This document shows, one piece after another, positions 8,432-19,253 of a stretch of DNA of 52,230 nt; positions within the stretch are counted from its first letter, which is position 1, and each line of letters starts with the position of its first letter. The stretch covers positions 1 to 52,230 of the forward strand of contig CAYTXN010000001.1 of assembly GCA_964441195.1 (NCBI GenBank). The letters are read 5' to 3'. The notes below the pieces were generated by a model. It was not told where the DNA came from. It searched no databases and saw only the letters and a list, made by a program, of their open reading frames with translations. Made by a program: the position numbers and the translations under genes. This DNA comes from an uncultured Limnohabitans sp. (GTDB lineage: Bacteria; Bacteroidota; Bacteroidia; Cytophagales; Cyclobacteriaceae).

Positions 8432-11047
8432 TTGAAAGACTTTAAGTTTTATTTTCTGGCTCGGGTACTGACTTTGGGAGCTGTCTTCTTTATGTTTTTG
8501 GGATCCGTTTGGGCTCAAAATCTAAGAGATCTGAGTTCTCTTAAAGTAGACAATTTGTCTGATGCTCAGATCGAACAGCTAATCAAACGGGCCGAAGCTA
8601 GTGGGTTGACGACTACTCAACTTGAAGGGATGGCACGCGAACAGGGACTTTCTCCCATAGAAGCAAATAAACTCCGACAACGAATAATGGGATTACAGAG
8701 TGCTTCTAATCTCCAAGGTGAATCTCTGGGATCGCAATCCCTGAGAGGAATGGGAAGTCAGGCCCAACCTGATCCTTTCGATTCTCTTCGAATGGCGGAT
8801 CCTTACTATGATTTAACTCCATTCCAGAAGAAGATTTTTGGATTCAAATTGTTTCACAATAGAAACTTGGATTTCAATCCCAGTCTAAATATTCCTACAC
8901 CACAAGGTTATATTGTTGGTTCTGGGGATCAGCTACTTCTGGATGTATATGGAGCTTCTCAACAATCATTTGATGTGACGGTTTCTCCCGAAGGTAGAAT
9001 TCTACTTCCAAATGTGGGTCCGATACAAGTCGGTGGATCTTCTATTGAGGCAGCTACATCACGATTGAAAACATCGCTTGGAAGGATTTATTCAGGACTC
9101 TTGGGTTCTAATCCCAATACATTTCTTCAAGTAAGATTAGGGAATATTCGCTCTATCAAAATATCGATGGTGGGTGAACTTAATCGGCCAGGAACCTACA
9201 CTTTACCGTCCTTTGCCTCGGTATTTAACGGACTTTTTGCAGCAGGAGGACCCAATGAAAACGGCTCCTTTAGAAATGTGCAGGTATATCGAGATAGCAG
9301 ATTAGTGGCAACGGTCGATATTTATGAGTTTTTGTCCAAAGGAAATTCCCAATCAAATATTACCCTGCAAGACAATGATGTTGTGATTGTGCCTCCAGTG
9401 CAAGCTCGTGTGGAGGTAATTGGTCCTGTGCGAAGAGAAGGTTTTTTTGAGGTGAAACCAGACGAAACAATAGCAGATTTGCAGCTCTATACTGGAGGAT
9501 TTGCAAGTAATGCCTATAAAGAACGACTTACCATCAGGCGAATTGAAAATAATGATCGGAAAGTAATCGATGTAGCCCAAGCCGACTTTTCTACGATCAA
9601 TCCCAGAGATGGAGATGAAGTTCTTATTGGAGAGGCGATGGATCGATTTACCAACCGAGTTCAGATCACTGGTGCGGTGATTCGTCCGGGAGAATATTCC
9701 ATCGAAAATGGTTCTTCGGTTAAAACTCTAATTGAGCGAGCCCAGGGTTTAAAACCTGAAGCTTTTACCAATAGGGCCACCCTGTATCGAACCAATGAAG
9801 ATTTGACTTTAGCTGCGAACACCTTGGATTTGCAAGGGATTTTGGATGGAACAGTTGAAGATGTATCACTCAAAAATGAAGATTTACTTTTTATACCCAG
9901 TCGATATGACATCCAAGAAGAGACCTATGTTAAAATCTCAGGTGAAGTAAACATTCCGGGAACATTTCCCTACGCGTCCTCTATGACGATTGGAGATTTG
10001 ATTCTTCAAGCAGGAGGATTGCTACAGTCTGCATCAAATTCCTATATAGAAGTTGCGCGGAGAGTAAGAGATGCAAGCGCAGGTAAGTTGGCTGAATTAT
10101 TCACCGTTTCAATTGATCCGGACTTGAAGCTTTCAGAGGAAGAAAGTAATCAACCTTTAATGCCTTTTGATCATGTATTCATCAGAAAGAGTCCGGGATT
10201 TGAGCGCGAACAATTGATCAAAATAGAGGGTGAGGTTAACTTTCCAGGTGAATTTGCAATTGCCTCGGCTAATGAAAGGATTTCTGATGTCATCAAACGT
10301 GCAGGGGGGCTCAACCAATTTGCCTATCCCAAGGGTGCTAGCTTGGTAAGAAGAACGATTTATTTTGAAGAGATCTCTGCGGAGGAAATGCAAGAAAGAA
10401 ACCTCAGAGATATTCGTGAAAAAGTTGATCCAGAGCGAAAAAAACAGATGAACCAAGCTGAATTATTACTTTTCGAAAGATTGGATGGAAAAATTAATTC
10501 AATAGAAGAGAAAAAGTTGATTGAAGAGCAAAAGAAGGAGCTTGTGAATTGGAATCAATTTTCAAATAGGGATTCTCTTTCCAGAGACACAATTTTCAAC
10601 AAGGTTAGGTTTAAAAAACAGGATATTATTGGTATAAATCTCGAAGAAATCTTAAAATCTCCAGGTTCTGGGGAAGATTTGATTTTGCAAGAAGGAGACA
10701 TACTTAGAGTTCCCAAGGAACTTCAAACTATCAGAATGGTAGGAGAGGTTTTAATGCCTACGACCACCCGATTTGTAGGAAATAGTAATCTTAGGAGATA
10801 CATTTCGCAGGCAGGGGGATTTACTGAGGAGGCTAGAAAAAGCAAAACTTATGTAATCTATGCCAATGGAGATGCCAGAAGCACCAGGTCCTTTTTATTA
10901 CTAAAATTTTATCCCCATATGGAACCAGGGGCAGAAATAGTCGTTCCAAAGAAACCACAAAGAGAAAGAATTACTCCTGCCACCTGGATAGGTATTGCGT
11001 CTAGTTTAGCAACTTTAGGTATTCTCGTTGAACGACTAATACGATAA
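8432..11047 (+). CDS. SLBB-domain polysaccharide export protein (large Wza/KpsD-like OPX)
   Basis: Signal peptide; Poly_export motif YIVGSGDQLLLDVYG..V SPEGRI; multiple SLBB repeats (GEVNxPG); C-terminal helix; TTG start. Confidence 0.9.
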   Translation: MKDFKFYFLARVLTLGAVFFMFLGSVWAQNLRDLSSLKVDNLSDAQIEQLIKRAEASGLTTTQLEGMAREQGLSPIEANKLRQRIMGLQSASNLQGESLGSQSLRGMGSQAQPDPFDSLRMADPYYDLTPFQKKIFGFKLFHNRNLDFNPSLNIPTPQGYIVGSGDQLLLDVYGASQQSFDVTVSPEGRILLPNVGPIQVGGSSIEAATSRLKTSLGRIYSGLLGSNPNTFLQVRLGNIRSIKISMVGELNRPGTYTLPSFASVFNGLFAAGGPNENGSFRNVQVYRDSRLVATVDIYEFLSKGNSQSNITLQDNDVVIVPPVQARVEVIGPVRREGFFEVKPDETIADLQLYTGGFASNAYKERLTIRRIENNDRKVIDVAQADFSTINPRDGDEVLIGEAMDRFTNRVQITGAVIRPGEYSIENGSSVKTLIERAQGLKPEAFTNRATLYRTNEDLTLAANTLDLQGILDGTVEDVSLKNEDLLFIPSRYDIQEETYVKISGEVNIPGTFPYASSMTIGDLILQAGGLLQSASNSYIEVARRVRDASAGKLAELFTVSIDPDLKLSEEESNQPLMPFDHVFIRKSPGFEREQLIKIEGEVNFPGEFAIASANERISDVIKRAGGLNQFAYPKGASLVRRTIYFEEISAEEMQERNLRDIREKVDPERKKQMNQAELLLFERLDGKINSIEEKKLIEEQKKELVNWNQFSNRDSLSRDTIFNKVRFKKQDIIGINLEEILKSPGSGEDLILQEGDILRVPKELQTIRMVGEVLMPTTTRFVGNSNLRRYISQAGGFTEEARKSKTYVIYANGDARSTRSFLLLKFYPHMEPGAEIVVPKKPQRERITPATWIGIASSLATLGILVERLIR

Positions 11048-11073
11048 TAATTATATCAATAAATTACTAATTC

Positions 11074-12393
11074 ATGAAAATCGCTGTAGTAGGGACAGGC
11101 TATGTAGGCTTAGTGTCCGGAGCTTGTTTTGCAGATGTAGGAATCGATGTGACCTGCGTTGACATTGATCAAAAGAAAATCGAAAAGCTCAAAAATGGTA
11201 TTATGCCCATCTATGAGCCGGGTTTGGAGGAAATGGTAGTCAGAAATTACAAAAGTGGCCGACTACATTTCAGTACTGATTTGGGAGAAGCTATTCAGGG
11301 TGCCGAAGTTGCATTTATAGCTGTGGGTACACCTCCAGGAGAGGATGGCTCTGCTGATCTTAAATATGTACTTGCTGTGGCAGAGGAAATCGGTCGAAAA
11401 ATGACAGATTACATTGTAGTGGCTACTAAAAGCACAGTACCTGTTACCACCGGAGAAAAAGTAAGAGCAGCTATCAAATCGGCATTAGAAGTTCGGGATT
11501 CAAACCTTCCGTTTGCAGTAGCATCCAATCCTGAGTTTTTAAAGGAAGGTGCTGCAGTGGAAGATTTTCTAAAGCCTGATAGAATAGTGATCGGCGTAGA
11601 CGATGAGCGTGCCGAAGCAATTATGCAGCGATTGTATAAGCCTTTCCAGTTGAGCGGAGATCGGATTATCTATATGGACATTCCGTCGGCTGAAATGACC
11701 AAGTATGCTGCGAATGCCATGCTTGCCACTAAAATTTCTTTCATGAATGATATTGCAAACCTCTGCGAAATTGTAGGGGCAGATGCCAATATGGTAAGAA
11801 AAGGAATTGGGTCAGATCCAAGAATCGGTAATAAATTTATTTATCCAGGTGTTGGTTATGGTGGATCATGCTTTCCAAAAGATGTGAAAGCAATCATCAA
11901 AACAGCAAAACAATATGGCTATGACTTGCGAGTACTTCAAGCTGTCGAAGACGTCAACGATGCCCAAAAGCATGTGCTGGCGGATAAAGTAAAAGCACGG
12001 TTTGGCAAGGATCTTAGCGGAATGACTTTCGCTATGTGGGGATTGAGCTTTAAGCCCAATACTGATGATATGCGAGAGGCGCCGGCTGGAGTGATCATCG
12101 ATGAACTAAGAGAGGCTGGAGCCAAAGTAAAAGCTTATGATCCCGTGGCAATGGAAGAAGCCAAAGCCCATTATATCTTTGATAAGGTAACTTACTGTAA
12201 AGATGCTTATGATGCATTGGTAGATGCGGATGCGCTTCTTTTGGTGACCGAATGGTCTGAATTCAGAATTCCTAGCTGGGAGGTAGTAGCGAAACTTCTA
12301 AAGAACAAGATAATCTTCGATGGAAGAAATATCTATGATAAAAAATATCTTGGAAATCTTGGTTTTGAGCACTTTGGAATTGGTGTGAAATAA
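11074..12393 (+). CDS. ugd: UDP-glucose 6-dehydrogenase
   Basis: GTGYVG, KSTVP, SNPEFLKEG, GYGGSCFPKD, FKPNTDDMRE, DGRN. Confidence 0.95.
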   Translation: MKIAVVGTGYVGLVSGACFADVGIDVTCVDIDQKKIEKLKNGIMPIYEPGLEEMVVRNYKSGRLHFSTDLGEAIQGAEVAFIAVGTPPGEDGSADLKYVLAVAEEIGRKMTDYIVVATKSTVPVTTGEKVRAAIKSALEVRDSNLPFAVASNPEFLKEGAAVEDFLKPDRIVIGVDDERAEAIMQRLYKPFQLSGDRIIYMDIPSAEMTKYAANAMLATKISFMNDIANLCEIVGADANMVRKGIGSDPRIGNKFIYPGVGYGGSCFPKDVKAIIKTAKQYGYDLRVLQAVEDVNDAQKHVLADKVKARFGKDLSGMTFAMWGLSFKPNTDDMREAPAGVIIDELREAGAKVKAYDPVAMEEAKAHYIFDKVTYCKDAYDALVDADALLLVTEWSEFRIPSWEVVAKLLKNKIIFDGRNIYDKKYLGNLGFEHFGIGVK

Positions 12394-12430
12394 ATCCACT
12401 TGACTTTAAAGGGAGAATACCCCAAATCAA

Positions 12431-13045
12431 ATGATAATTGCAGGAGCCGGAGGGCATGCATTGGAAATAAAAGACGAATTAGAAAGGCAAAACCCTGAAC
12501 TCAGTTTTGTTTTCTTCGATGATGCTGGATATAATATTGATTCGCCCTTAAAGACTTATCCATTGATTCAGGATCCGGCCTCCTTAATATTTGAATTTCA
12601 ACAAAACCCCTCATTTGCTCTGGGTGTGGGAAGACCGGATTTCCGTGAAAAATTCATAACTACATTCGAAGAAAACGGGGGGAACTATTTTCCGGTTCAT
12701 GCTAATACAGCTCAAATAAGCCACTCCGCAATAGGGTTATTTGATGCAATGTCATTTTCTTTTGTGGGACCAAATTCCAAAATCGGGAAGGGAGTCTTAA
12801 TAAATACTAGGGCCAATGTACATCATGGTACTCAAATTGACGATTTTAGTGAAATTGGTCCGGGAGCATTAATTCTTGGACAAGTGAAAATTGGTAAAAA
12901 GTGCAGGATAGGAGCAGGTGCTATACTGCTTCCTGGTGTCGAAGTTGGTGATTTTGTGGTAGTTGGGGCAGGAGCAGTGGTGACTAAAAACGTTGAAGAC
13001 AATCAAACTATTATTGGCGTTCCTGCAGTGCCAATAAAAAAGTAA
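12431..13045 (+). CDS. PglD/NeuD-family sugar N/O-acetyltransferase (left-handed beta-helix)
   Basis: N-terminal GAGGHA, INT..VHH, hexapeptide repeats, C-terminal GVPA. Confidence 0.85.
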   Translation: MIIAGAGGHALEIKDELERQNPELSFVFFDDAGYNIDSPLKTYPLIQDPASLIFEFQQNPSFALGVGRPDFREKFITTFEENGGNYFPVHANTAQISHSAIGLFDAMSFSFVGPNSKIGKGVLINTRANVHHGTQIDDFSEIGPGALILGQVKIGKKCRIGAGAILLPGVEVGDFVVVGAGAVVTKNVEDNQTIIGVPAVPIKK

Positions 13046-13052
13046 ATATTCT

Positions 13053-14159
13053 ATGTCAACGAATTCAACAGAAAATCAGAAAAATGAAACGCTCCAGTAT
13101 TTGATACTCATTCAATCTGTTTTTAGGAATAGAAGGAATCTTTTGATATTTACAGGTGCTGGATTCTTCCTTGGTATTTTGATAGCATTTACAACACCAA
13201 AAGAATATCAGTCCTCTTCTTATATTTTATTGGAATCTGAAGGGGGGGCAAGTTCCATGGGGCAAATGGGTGCATTAGCAGGATTAGCGGGAATCAACAT
13301 GTCTCAGTTTCAGTCGGGGCAGATGGCGCTCACCTCGGATATTTTTCCGGATGTGATTCAAAGTCGGGATTTTTTGAGGGAAATATCAAAAGAGCAATTT
13401 AAATTTGAATCAAAATCCGGTGAAATTCTCAGCCTGGAGGAGTATTATTTCAAAGAAAGGCCTTCAAACATTGTAAAGAAAACCCTGAGATTCATTTTTA
13501 ATATTCCCGCCATGATTGACGGATGGTTTTCAAAGCCTGATCCAAAACCAACAGACTTGGGACAAGCTGGTGAAACGCAGAATGATTATCTGAGCCTAAC
13601 GAGCAAAGAACTTTTCGCCGTTGGGGAGTTGAAAAAAAGAATTGAGATTGAGGAGAAAGACAAATTAGTCAGGCTCAATGTTTCTATGCCTGAACCGCTA
13701 ATAGCTGCCCAAGTTAATGCAAAAGTTTTGGAGCGGCTAATTGAATATGTGACTGATTATAAGGTAGGTAGGCAGAGAAGAAACCTGGAATTCATCGAAG
13801 AAAGAGTCCTCGAAATGGAGAAGAAATTTAATGATGCCCAAATGAAGCTGGCTTCATTCAGAGATTCAAATCAGGGCCTAATATCTCGCAGAGTAAGTAC
13901 AAGGGAAGAACAGCTTGAATTAGAATTCAATCTGGCATTTAATATTTACAACACCATCAGGCAGGAAATGGAACAAACTGCTATCCAACTAAAAAAAGAG
14001 ACTCCAATTTTTACTGTTTTGGAAAAAGCGGCAATTCCCTTGGGACCATCCAAACCCAACAAACCCCTTATTCTTATCTTCTCTGTTTTTTTGGGATTAT
14101 TCGTTGGAGTTTTAATAAACCTTTACAAAGTTTTATTAGATAATTTCAAAGTAAGTTAA
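13053..14159 (+). CDS. wzz: Wzz-type chain-length determinant (polysaccharide co-polymerase, no kinase domain)
   Basis: Two TM helices flanking a coiled-coil periplasmic domain; PxxPSKP before the C-terminal TM. Confidence 0.85.
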   Translation: MSTNSTENQKNETLQYLILIQSVFRNRRNLLIFTGAGFFLGILIAFTTPKEYQSSSYILLESEGGASSMGQMGALAGLAGINMSQFQSGQMALTSDIFPDVIQSRDFLREISKEQFKFESKSGEILSLEEYYFKERPSNIVKKTLRFIFNIPAMIDGWFSKPDPKPTDLGQAGETQNDYLSLTSKELFAVGELKKRIEIEEKDKLVRLNVSMPEPLIAAQVNAKVLERLIEYVTDYKVGRQRRNLEFIEERVLEMEKKFNDAQMKLASFRDSNQGLISRRVSTREEQLELEFNLAFNIYNTIRQEMEQTAIQLKKETPIFTVLEKAAIPLGPSKPNKPLILIFSVFLGLFVGVLINLYKVLLDNFKVS

Positions 14160-14162
14160 TTG

Positions 14163-15293
14163 ATGACTTCAATTCAAATGGTAGATCTTCGTACCCAGTA
14201 CGATATAATCAAGACTGAAATAGATCTTGCTATCCAGAAAGTCTTAGAAACCACCGCCTTTATCAATGGGCCTGATGTAAAAGACTTTTCTGAGGAATTA
14301 GCAGAATATACGGGAGCGAAATTTGTGATTACCTGTGCAAATGGAACCGATGCCTTACAGATTTCTATGATGGCATTGGGTTTCAAACCTGGAGATGAGG
14401 TACTTGTTCCTGCATTTACTTACGTAGCGACAGTTGAGGTAATCGCATTGCTTGGATTAAAACCAAAATTTGTAGATATTTTGCCCGACACGTTTGAGAT
14501 GGACCCTATTTCATTAATAAATGCACTGGGCCCAAAAGTAGTGGGAATTGTTCCGGTTCATCTTTACGGCCAGTCCTCCAACATGGAATTCATTCTGGAA
14601 ATTGCAGAAAAACATGACCTGAAGATTATTGAGGATACGGCCCAGGCAATTGGAGCTGTTTTCACGTTTTCGGACGGAAAAAAAGCTCAGGCTGGAACAA
14701 TGGGAAATATTGGAACCACTTCGTTTTTTCCATCAAAAAATTTGGGATGCTTCGGTGATGGTGGAGCAATGTTTACCAATGATCCCGTATTAGCTGAAAA
14801 GCTCCGGATGATTGCCAACCATGGCCAAAAAAAGAAGTATCACCATGATTCGATAGGAGTAAATTCCCGGTTGGATACACTTCAGGCAGCAATATTACGC
14901 GTTAAACTCAAGCATCTTGATAAATATTCTGCATCAAGAAATGAAGTTGCTGAAAGGTATGATGAGGCTTTTTTTAATCATCTACATATCAAAACTCCAA
15001 AGCGTGCTCATAATTCAACCCATGTTTTCCATCAGTATACCATTCAGGTAGAAGAAACTTGCCGAGATGAGTTGAAAAAATATCTGCAGGAAAAAGGGGT
15101 TCCTAGCATGGTGTATTATCCAGTCCCGCTTCATCTTCAAAATGCTTACCTGCAATACGGATATAGGGAAGGGGATTTTCCAATAGCAGAATCCCTTTGT
15201 AAAAAGGTGCTCTCACTTCCCATCCACACCGAGATGAAAAAGGAGGACCAAGAGTACATTATTCAATCGATTAAAAGTTTTTTCAGCAAATGA
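14163..15293 (+). CDS. wbpE: DegT/DnrJ-family PLP aminotransferase, WbpE-like
   Basis: [43 protein letters not shown]; adjacent to wbpD and wbpB. Confidence 0.8.
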   Translation: MTSIQMVDLRTQYDIIKTEIDLAIQKVLETTAFINGPDVKDFSEELAEYTGAKFVITCANGTDALQISMMALGFKPGDEVLVPAFTYVATVEVIALLGLKPKFVDILPDTFEMDPISLINALGPKVVGIVPVHLYGQSSNMEFILEIAEKHDLKIIEDTAQAIGAVFTFSDGKKAQAGTMGNIGTTSFFPSKNLGCFGDGGAMFTNDPVLAEKLRMIANHGQKKKYHHDSIGVNSRLDTLQAAILRVKLKHLDKYSASRNEVAERYDEAFFNHLHIKTPKRAHNSTHVFHQYTIQVEETCRDELKKYLQEKGVPSMVYYPVPLHLQNAYLQYGYREGDFPIAESLCKKVLSLPIHTEMKKEDQEYIIQSIKSFFSK

Positions 15294-15865
15294 ACGAATA
15301 CTATTCGCACGAATCTGCAATCATAGATGTAGGCAGTATTATCGGTAAAGGAACCAAGATTTGGCACTTTACTCACATTATGACTGATTGCATAATAGGG
15401 GAGAATTGCAATATTGGTCAGAACGTGGTCGTTTCTCCTCAGGTGGTTTTGGGGAATAATGTCAAAGTCCAAAATAATGTCTCCATATATACCGGAGTTA
15501 CTTGCGATGATGACGTTTTTCTTGGTCCCTCCATGGTTTTTACAAATGTGATCAATCCAAGAAGTGCTGTTAACAGAAGGGGACAGTATTCCAAAACTCA
15601 CGTGGGAAAAGGAGCTACGATCGGCGCTAATGCGACAATTGTTTGCGGACACGATATTGGGGAGTTTGCTTTTATCGGGGCAGGCGCAGTCGTGACTAAA
15701 ACCATTCCTCCTTTTGCACTTGTAGTTGGAAATCCTTCAAGGCAAATTGGCTGGATGAGTGAATTCGGGCATAAATTACTATTTGATAAAGATGGGTTCG
15801 CAACCTGCCCAGAATCAAAAAATAAATATCAACTCAAAGCAGGGAATGTTTCTAAATTAAAATAA
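15290..15865 (+). CDS. wbpD: UDP-2-acetamido-3-amino-2,3-dideoxy-glucuronate N-acetyltransferase
   Basis: [40 protein letters not shown]-terminal CPES; WbpD/WlbB pattern. Confidence 0.88.
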   Translation: MNEYYSHESAIIDVGSIIGKGTKIWHFTHIMTDCIIGENCNIGQNVVVSPQVVLGNNVKVQNNVSIYTGVTCDDDVFLGPSMVFTNVINPRSAVNRRGQYSKTHVGKGATIGANATIVCGHDIGEFAFIGAGAVVTKTIPPFALVVGNPSRQIGWMSEFGHKLLFDKDGFATCPESKNKYQLKAGNVSKLK

Positions 15866-15940
15866 TCATTTTGGGTTGTATGAAAAGTTGGCTTAATCAA
15901 TTTTACACTGAAAACCCATTAATTTCTGATAAAAGATAGA

Positions 15941-16909
15941 ATGAAGAATTTTGCATTAATAGGGGCAGCAGGATATATCGCACCTCGCCATATGAAGGCG
16001 ATAAAAGATACAGGAAATACTCTGCTTGCAGCCTATGACAAATTCGATAGTGTCGGTGTGATGGATAGTCATTTTCCTGAAGCTGATTTTTTTACAGAAT
16101 TTGAGCGCTTCGATCGCCATATTGAAAAATTAAAACGCACTGATAAAAAAATTGACTTTGTAAGTATCTGTTCTCCAAATTATTTGCATGATTCTCATAT
16201 TCGATTTGGGCTGAGAGTAGGTGCAAATGTAATTTGTGAAAAACCCTTAGTTTTGAATCCATGGAATATTGAGGCACTGAAGGATGTGGAAAAAGAACAT
16301 GGGAAAAAGGTGTTTAATATTCTGCAGCTTAGGCTTCATCCTTCCATCATCGCTTTAAAGGAACGCATTCAGAATGGGCCAAAAGACAAAATTTATGACA
16401 TTGATTTGGGTTATATTACTTCCAGAGGGCATTGGTACTACACCTCGTGGAAAGGTGATGTAAGTAAATCAGGAGGTATTGCCACTAATATCGGCGTTCA
16501 CTTTTATGATATGCTTACTTGGGTATTTGGCTCAGTGAAAACTAATATAGTTCATGTTCATACCCATGACCGGGCTGCAGGATTTTTAGAACTTGATAGA
16601 GCGAGAGTCAGGTGGTTTCTAAGTATTAATTCTGATACACTTCCAGAGGCTGTAAAGGCAAAGGGAGGTAGAACTTACAGATCATTAACAATGGGCACTG
16701 AAGAAATAGAATTTTCTGATGGATTTACGGAACTTCATACTCATAGTTACCAGCATATTTTAGACGGGAATGGATTTGAATTGGCAGAGGCTATGAATAG
16801 TATTCAATTGGTGCATGATATCAGACATTTGACTCCAGTAGGTTTAATAGGTGATTTTCATCCTCTAGCCAAGTCACCCTTGACCAAGCATCCTTTCGAA
16901 TCAAAGTGA
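15941..16909 (+). CDS. wbpB: UDP-GlcNAcA 3-dehydrogenase (Gfo/Idh/MocA family)
   Basis: FALIGAAGYIAPRH, ICSPNYLH, CEKP, SWKG..SGGIATNIGVHFYDML, EFSDGFTELH. Confidence 0.9.
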   Translation: MKNFALIGAAGYIAPRHMKAIKDTGNTLLAAYDKFDSVGVMDSHFPEADFFTEFERFDRHIEKLKRTDKKIDFVSICSPNYLHDSHIRFGLRVGANVICEKPLVLNPWNIEALKDVEKEHGKKVFNILQLRLHPSIIALKERIQNGPKDKIYDIDLGYITSRGHWYYTSWKGDVSKSGGIATNIGVHFYDMLTWVFGSVKTNIVHVHTHDRAAGFLELDRARVRWFLSINSDTLPEAVKAKGGRTYRSLTMGTEEIEFSDGFTELHTHSYQHILDGNGFELAEAMNSIQLVHDIRHLTPVGLIGDFHPLAKSPLTKHPFESK

Positions 16910-16966
16910 ATTAATGACAGGAAGTAACTAGCTCCGAAATCAAAGATTATCCGTTTTAAGACTTAC

Positions 16967-18142
16967 ATGATTCCATTTAATAAACCTTACATATCTGGAA
17001 AAGAGCTTGATTACATCGCGGATGCGGTCAATACAGGTAAAATTTCAGGTAATGGAAAGTATACCCGATTGGACCAAGAATTTTTTGAAGAAAAATATGG
17101 AATCAAAAAAGCTCTCCTAACCACATCCTGCACCGATGCTTTAGAAATGTGTGCTTTATTGCTTGATATTGAAGTTGGAGATGAGGTTATCATGCCGAGT
17201 TATACATTTGTTTCTACAGCCAACGCTTTTATCCTGAGGGGAGCTAAATTGATTTTTGCTGACAGTAGGGAGGATCATCCTGGGATTGATGAAAGTAAAG
17301 TTGAGTCATTGATTACACCAAATACCAAAGCGATAGTAGTGGTGCATTATGCGGGCGTCGCTTGCGACATGGACCAAATCATGGAGATCGCTGATCGGTA
17401 TGGTATAGCTGTTGTGGAGGATGCAGCCCATGCGATTGATTCCATTTATTTTTCTAAAAGCGGTGATATACAGCCTCTTGGTTCTATTGGTCACTTAGCT
17501 ACTTTTTCATTTCATGAGACAAAAAATATATCTTCCGGCGAGGGAGGACTTTTGGCTATTAATGACGAAAAATATGCAGCAAGAGCGGAAATTATCTGGG
17601 AAAAAGGAACAAATCGCGCGTCCTTTTTTAGAGGAGAAATCAATAAATATGGATGGGTGGATCTAGGATCCTCTTTTTTACCATCAGAAATTACAGCCGC
17701 TTTTCTCTGGGCACAATTAGAGAAAATGGAGCAAATACAACAAAAAAGGATTCAGATTTGGGATAGATATTTTCATAACCTAGCTGGCAAAGTAGAAAAC
17801 TTCGGATTAAAGCTTCCTAGAATTCCCGATTTTGCCGAAAATAACGGTCACATGTTTTATTTAGTGGCAGAAAATGATTCACAGCGGGATTTTGTTCTTC
17901 AAGGTTTAAAGCAGGAAGGTGCCTTAGCGGTGTTTCATTATTTGAGTCTTCACAAAAGCGTTTTCTTTGCCGAAAAACATGATGGGAGAGACTTGCAAAA
18001 TGCTGATCTTTATTCAGCTCGTCTGGTAAGACTTCCGCTCTATTTCGAGCTTACCGAAGCAGAAGTGGACCATATTTCAGAAATGTTACTTGAAAAATTA
18101 GAGCAATATGCCAACAGCCGAGAACCTGGTTTTTCTTCCTGA
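16967..18142 (+). CDS. wecE: dTDP-4-amino-4,6-dideoxygalactose transaminase
   Basis: MIPFNKP, LLTTSCTDALEM, PSYTFVSTANAF, VVHYAGVAC, FSFHETKN, EKGTNR..FFRG, GSSFLPSE, VFHYLSLH (RffA/WecE). Confidence 0.9.
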   Translation: MIPFNKPYISGKELDYIADAVNTGKISGNGKYTRLDQEFFEEKYGIKKALLTTSCTDALEMCALLLDIEVGDEVIMPSYTFVSTANAFILRGAKLIFADSREDHPGIDESKVESLITPNTKAIVVVHYAGVACDMDQIMEIADRYGIAVVEDAAHAIDSIYFSKSGDIQPLGSIGHLATFSFHETKNISSGEGGLLAINDEKYAARAEIIWEKGTNRASFFRGEINKYGWVDLGSSFLPSEITAAFLWAQLEKMEQIQQKRIQIWDRYFHNLAGKVENFGLKLPRIPDFAENNGHMFYLVAENDSQRDFVLQGLKQEGALAVFHYLSLHKSVFFAEKHDGRDLQNADLYSARLVRLPLYFELTEAEVDHISEMLLEKLEQYANSREPGFSS

Positions 18143-19253
18143 TTCGCCCTATTCAGAGTGGATTATCAAGCGCTGCGAAGAGCTTTTTCCAGGTTTCAAT
18201 AAATATTTATTACCAGTGGACGATATTTCCAAACCTACTCGTGTAGCTTGGCCAGGAGTTTTAATTCTAAAAAATAACGAACTGGATCGTGATAAGCAAT
18301 TGAGCGATTTAAGTCAGTTTAAGCGAGTTATAGTTAATTATCATACACCATTTATAGGGCACTTCCTGAATAAAAGGAAATATCAATTATCCAAGTCTAA
18401 ACTGATATGGATTATCTGGAGTGGTGACTTATATAAGCATAGTAATTTTTTGAAAAGAGCTTATACTCCAATGACATTATCCATCCTTCCTATGGATGGA
18501 AGTTTCAGAAATCTAAAGCAAAGCCTCCACCACAGAGTACTTCAACTATTTGGAAAACCAAATCGATATTCCTTCGAAAGATCATTTACAAGGTTTGATG
18601 TGGTTGGATCTTTTTTCGAAAAAGATACTCAAGAAGCAAAGGATGTTTTGGGTGTTAACGCAAAATGGATTCGTTTTGCTTTCCTATCCCTTGAGGAATT
18701 GTTTGCAGAAAAAGATTTGAACAACAAACCAAATTTGGGAGCCAAAATAATGATTGGACACTCTGGGGCTCCTGAAAATAACCATTTGGATGTTTTTCAA
18801 AAACTGCATGAATTAAATCCTAATAGTGATCGTAAGATCCTTTCTCCCTTATCCTATGGCAATGGAAAATACCTCCAAGTTGTCAAAAAAAGAGGGATTG
18901 AGTTGTTCGGAAATAGATTTGAATCTCTGGAAACATTTATTCCAAGAGAGCTTTATTACAAAAAATTAGCGGAAGTGTCCGTTGCTATATTTAATCATAA
19001 AATCCAGCAGGCCTTTGGTAATGTTTTAGGATTAATCTTTATGGGAGCCAAAGTTTTCCTTAATCCTGAAAACCCGATTTACATTGAGTTAATAAAAGCA
19101 GAAATCCAGGTTTTTGATTATTCGAAAATTACTGAAGAAGACCTTGATTCCCCACTTTCTAAAGAAGTGGTACTTAGGAATAGAGAGTTGCTTCGTCAAC
19201 TATTTAACGAAGAAAAAATTCAGGGATTTTACAAAAGCATTTTCCTTTCTTAA
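18108..19253 (+). CDS. WecF/RffT-like 4-acetamido-fucosyltransferase (GT56-like)
   Basis: WIIWSGDLY, IGHSGAPENNH, PLSYG, IFNHKIQQAFGN; these resemble the WecF GNSG..N.H and RQQ.xG motifs. Coupled to wecE. Confidence 0.75.
   Translation: MPTAENLVFLPDSPYSEWIIKRCEELFPGFNKYLLPVDDISKPTRVAWPGVLILKNNELDRDKQLSDLSQFKRVIVNYHTPFIGHFLNKRKYQLSKSKLIWIIWSGDLYKHSNFLKRAYTPMTLSILPMDGSFRNLKQSLHHRVLQLFGKPNRYSFERSFTRFDVVGSFFEKDTQEAKDVLGVNAKWIRFAFLSLEELFAEKDLNNKPNLGAKIMIGHSGAPENNHLDVFQKLHELNPNSDRKILSPLSYGNGKYLQVVKKRGIELFGNRFESLETFIPRELYYKKLAEVSVAIFNHKIQQAFGNVLGLIFMGAKVFLNPENPIYIELIKAEIQVFDYSKITEEDLDSPLSKEVVLRNRELLRQLFNEEKIQGFYKSIFLS

Noticed and set aside
13105..13112. Isolated TACTCATT half-sites (also 1796-1803 and near 44100)
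   Set aside because: They lie inside coding regions with no matching left arm at 7-bp spacing.
15872..15918. Imperfect hairpin between wbpD and wbpB
   Set aside because: AT-rich and interrupted, with no U-tract; cannot be distinguished from chance.
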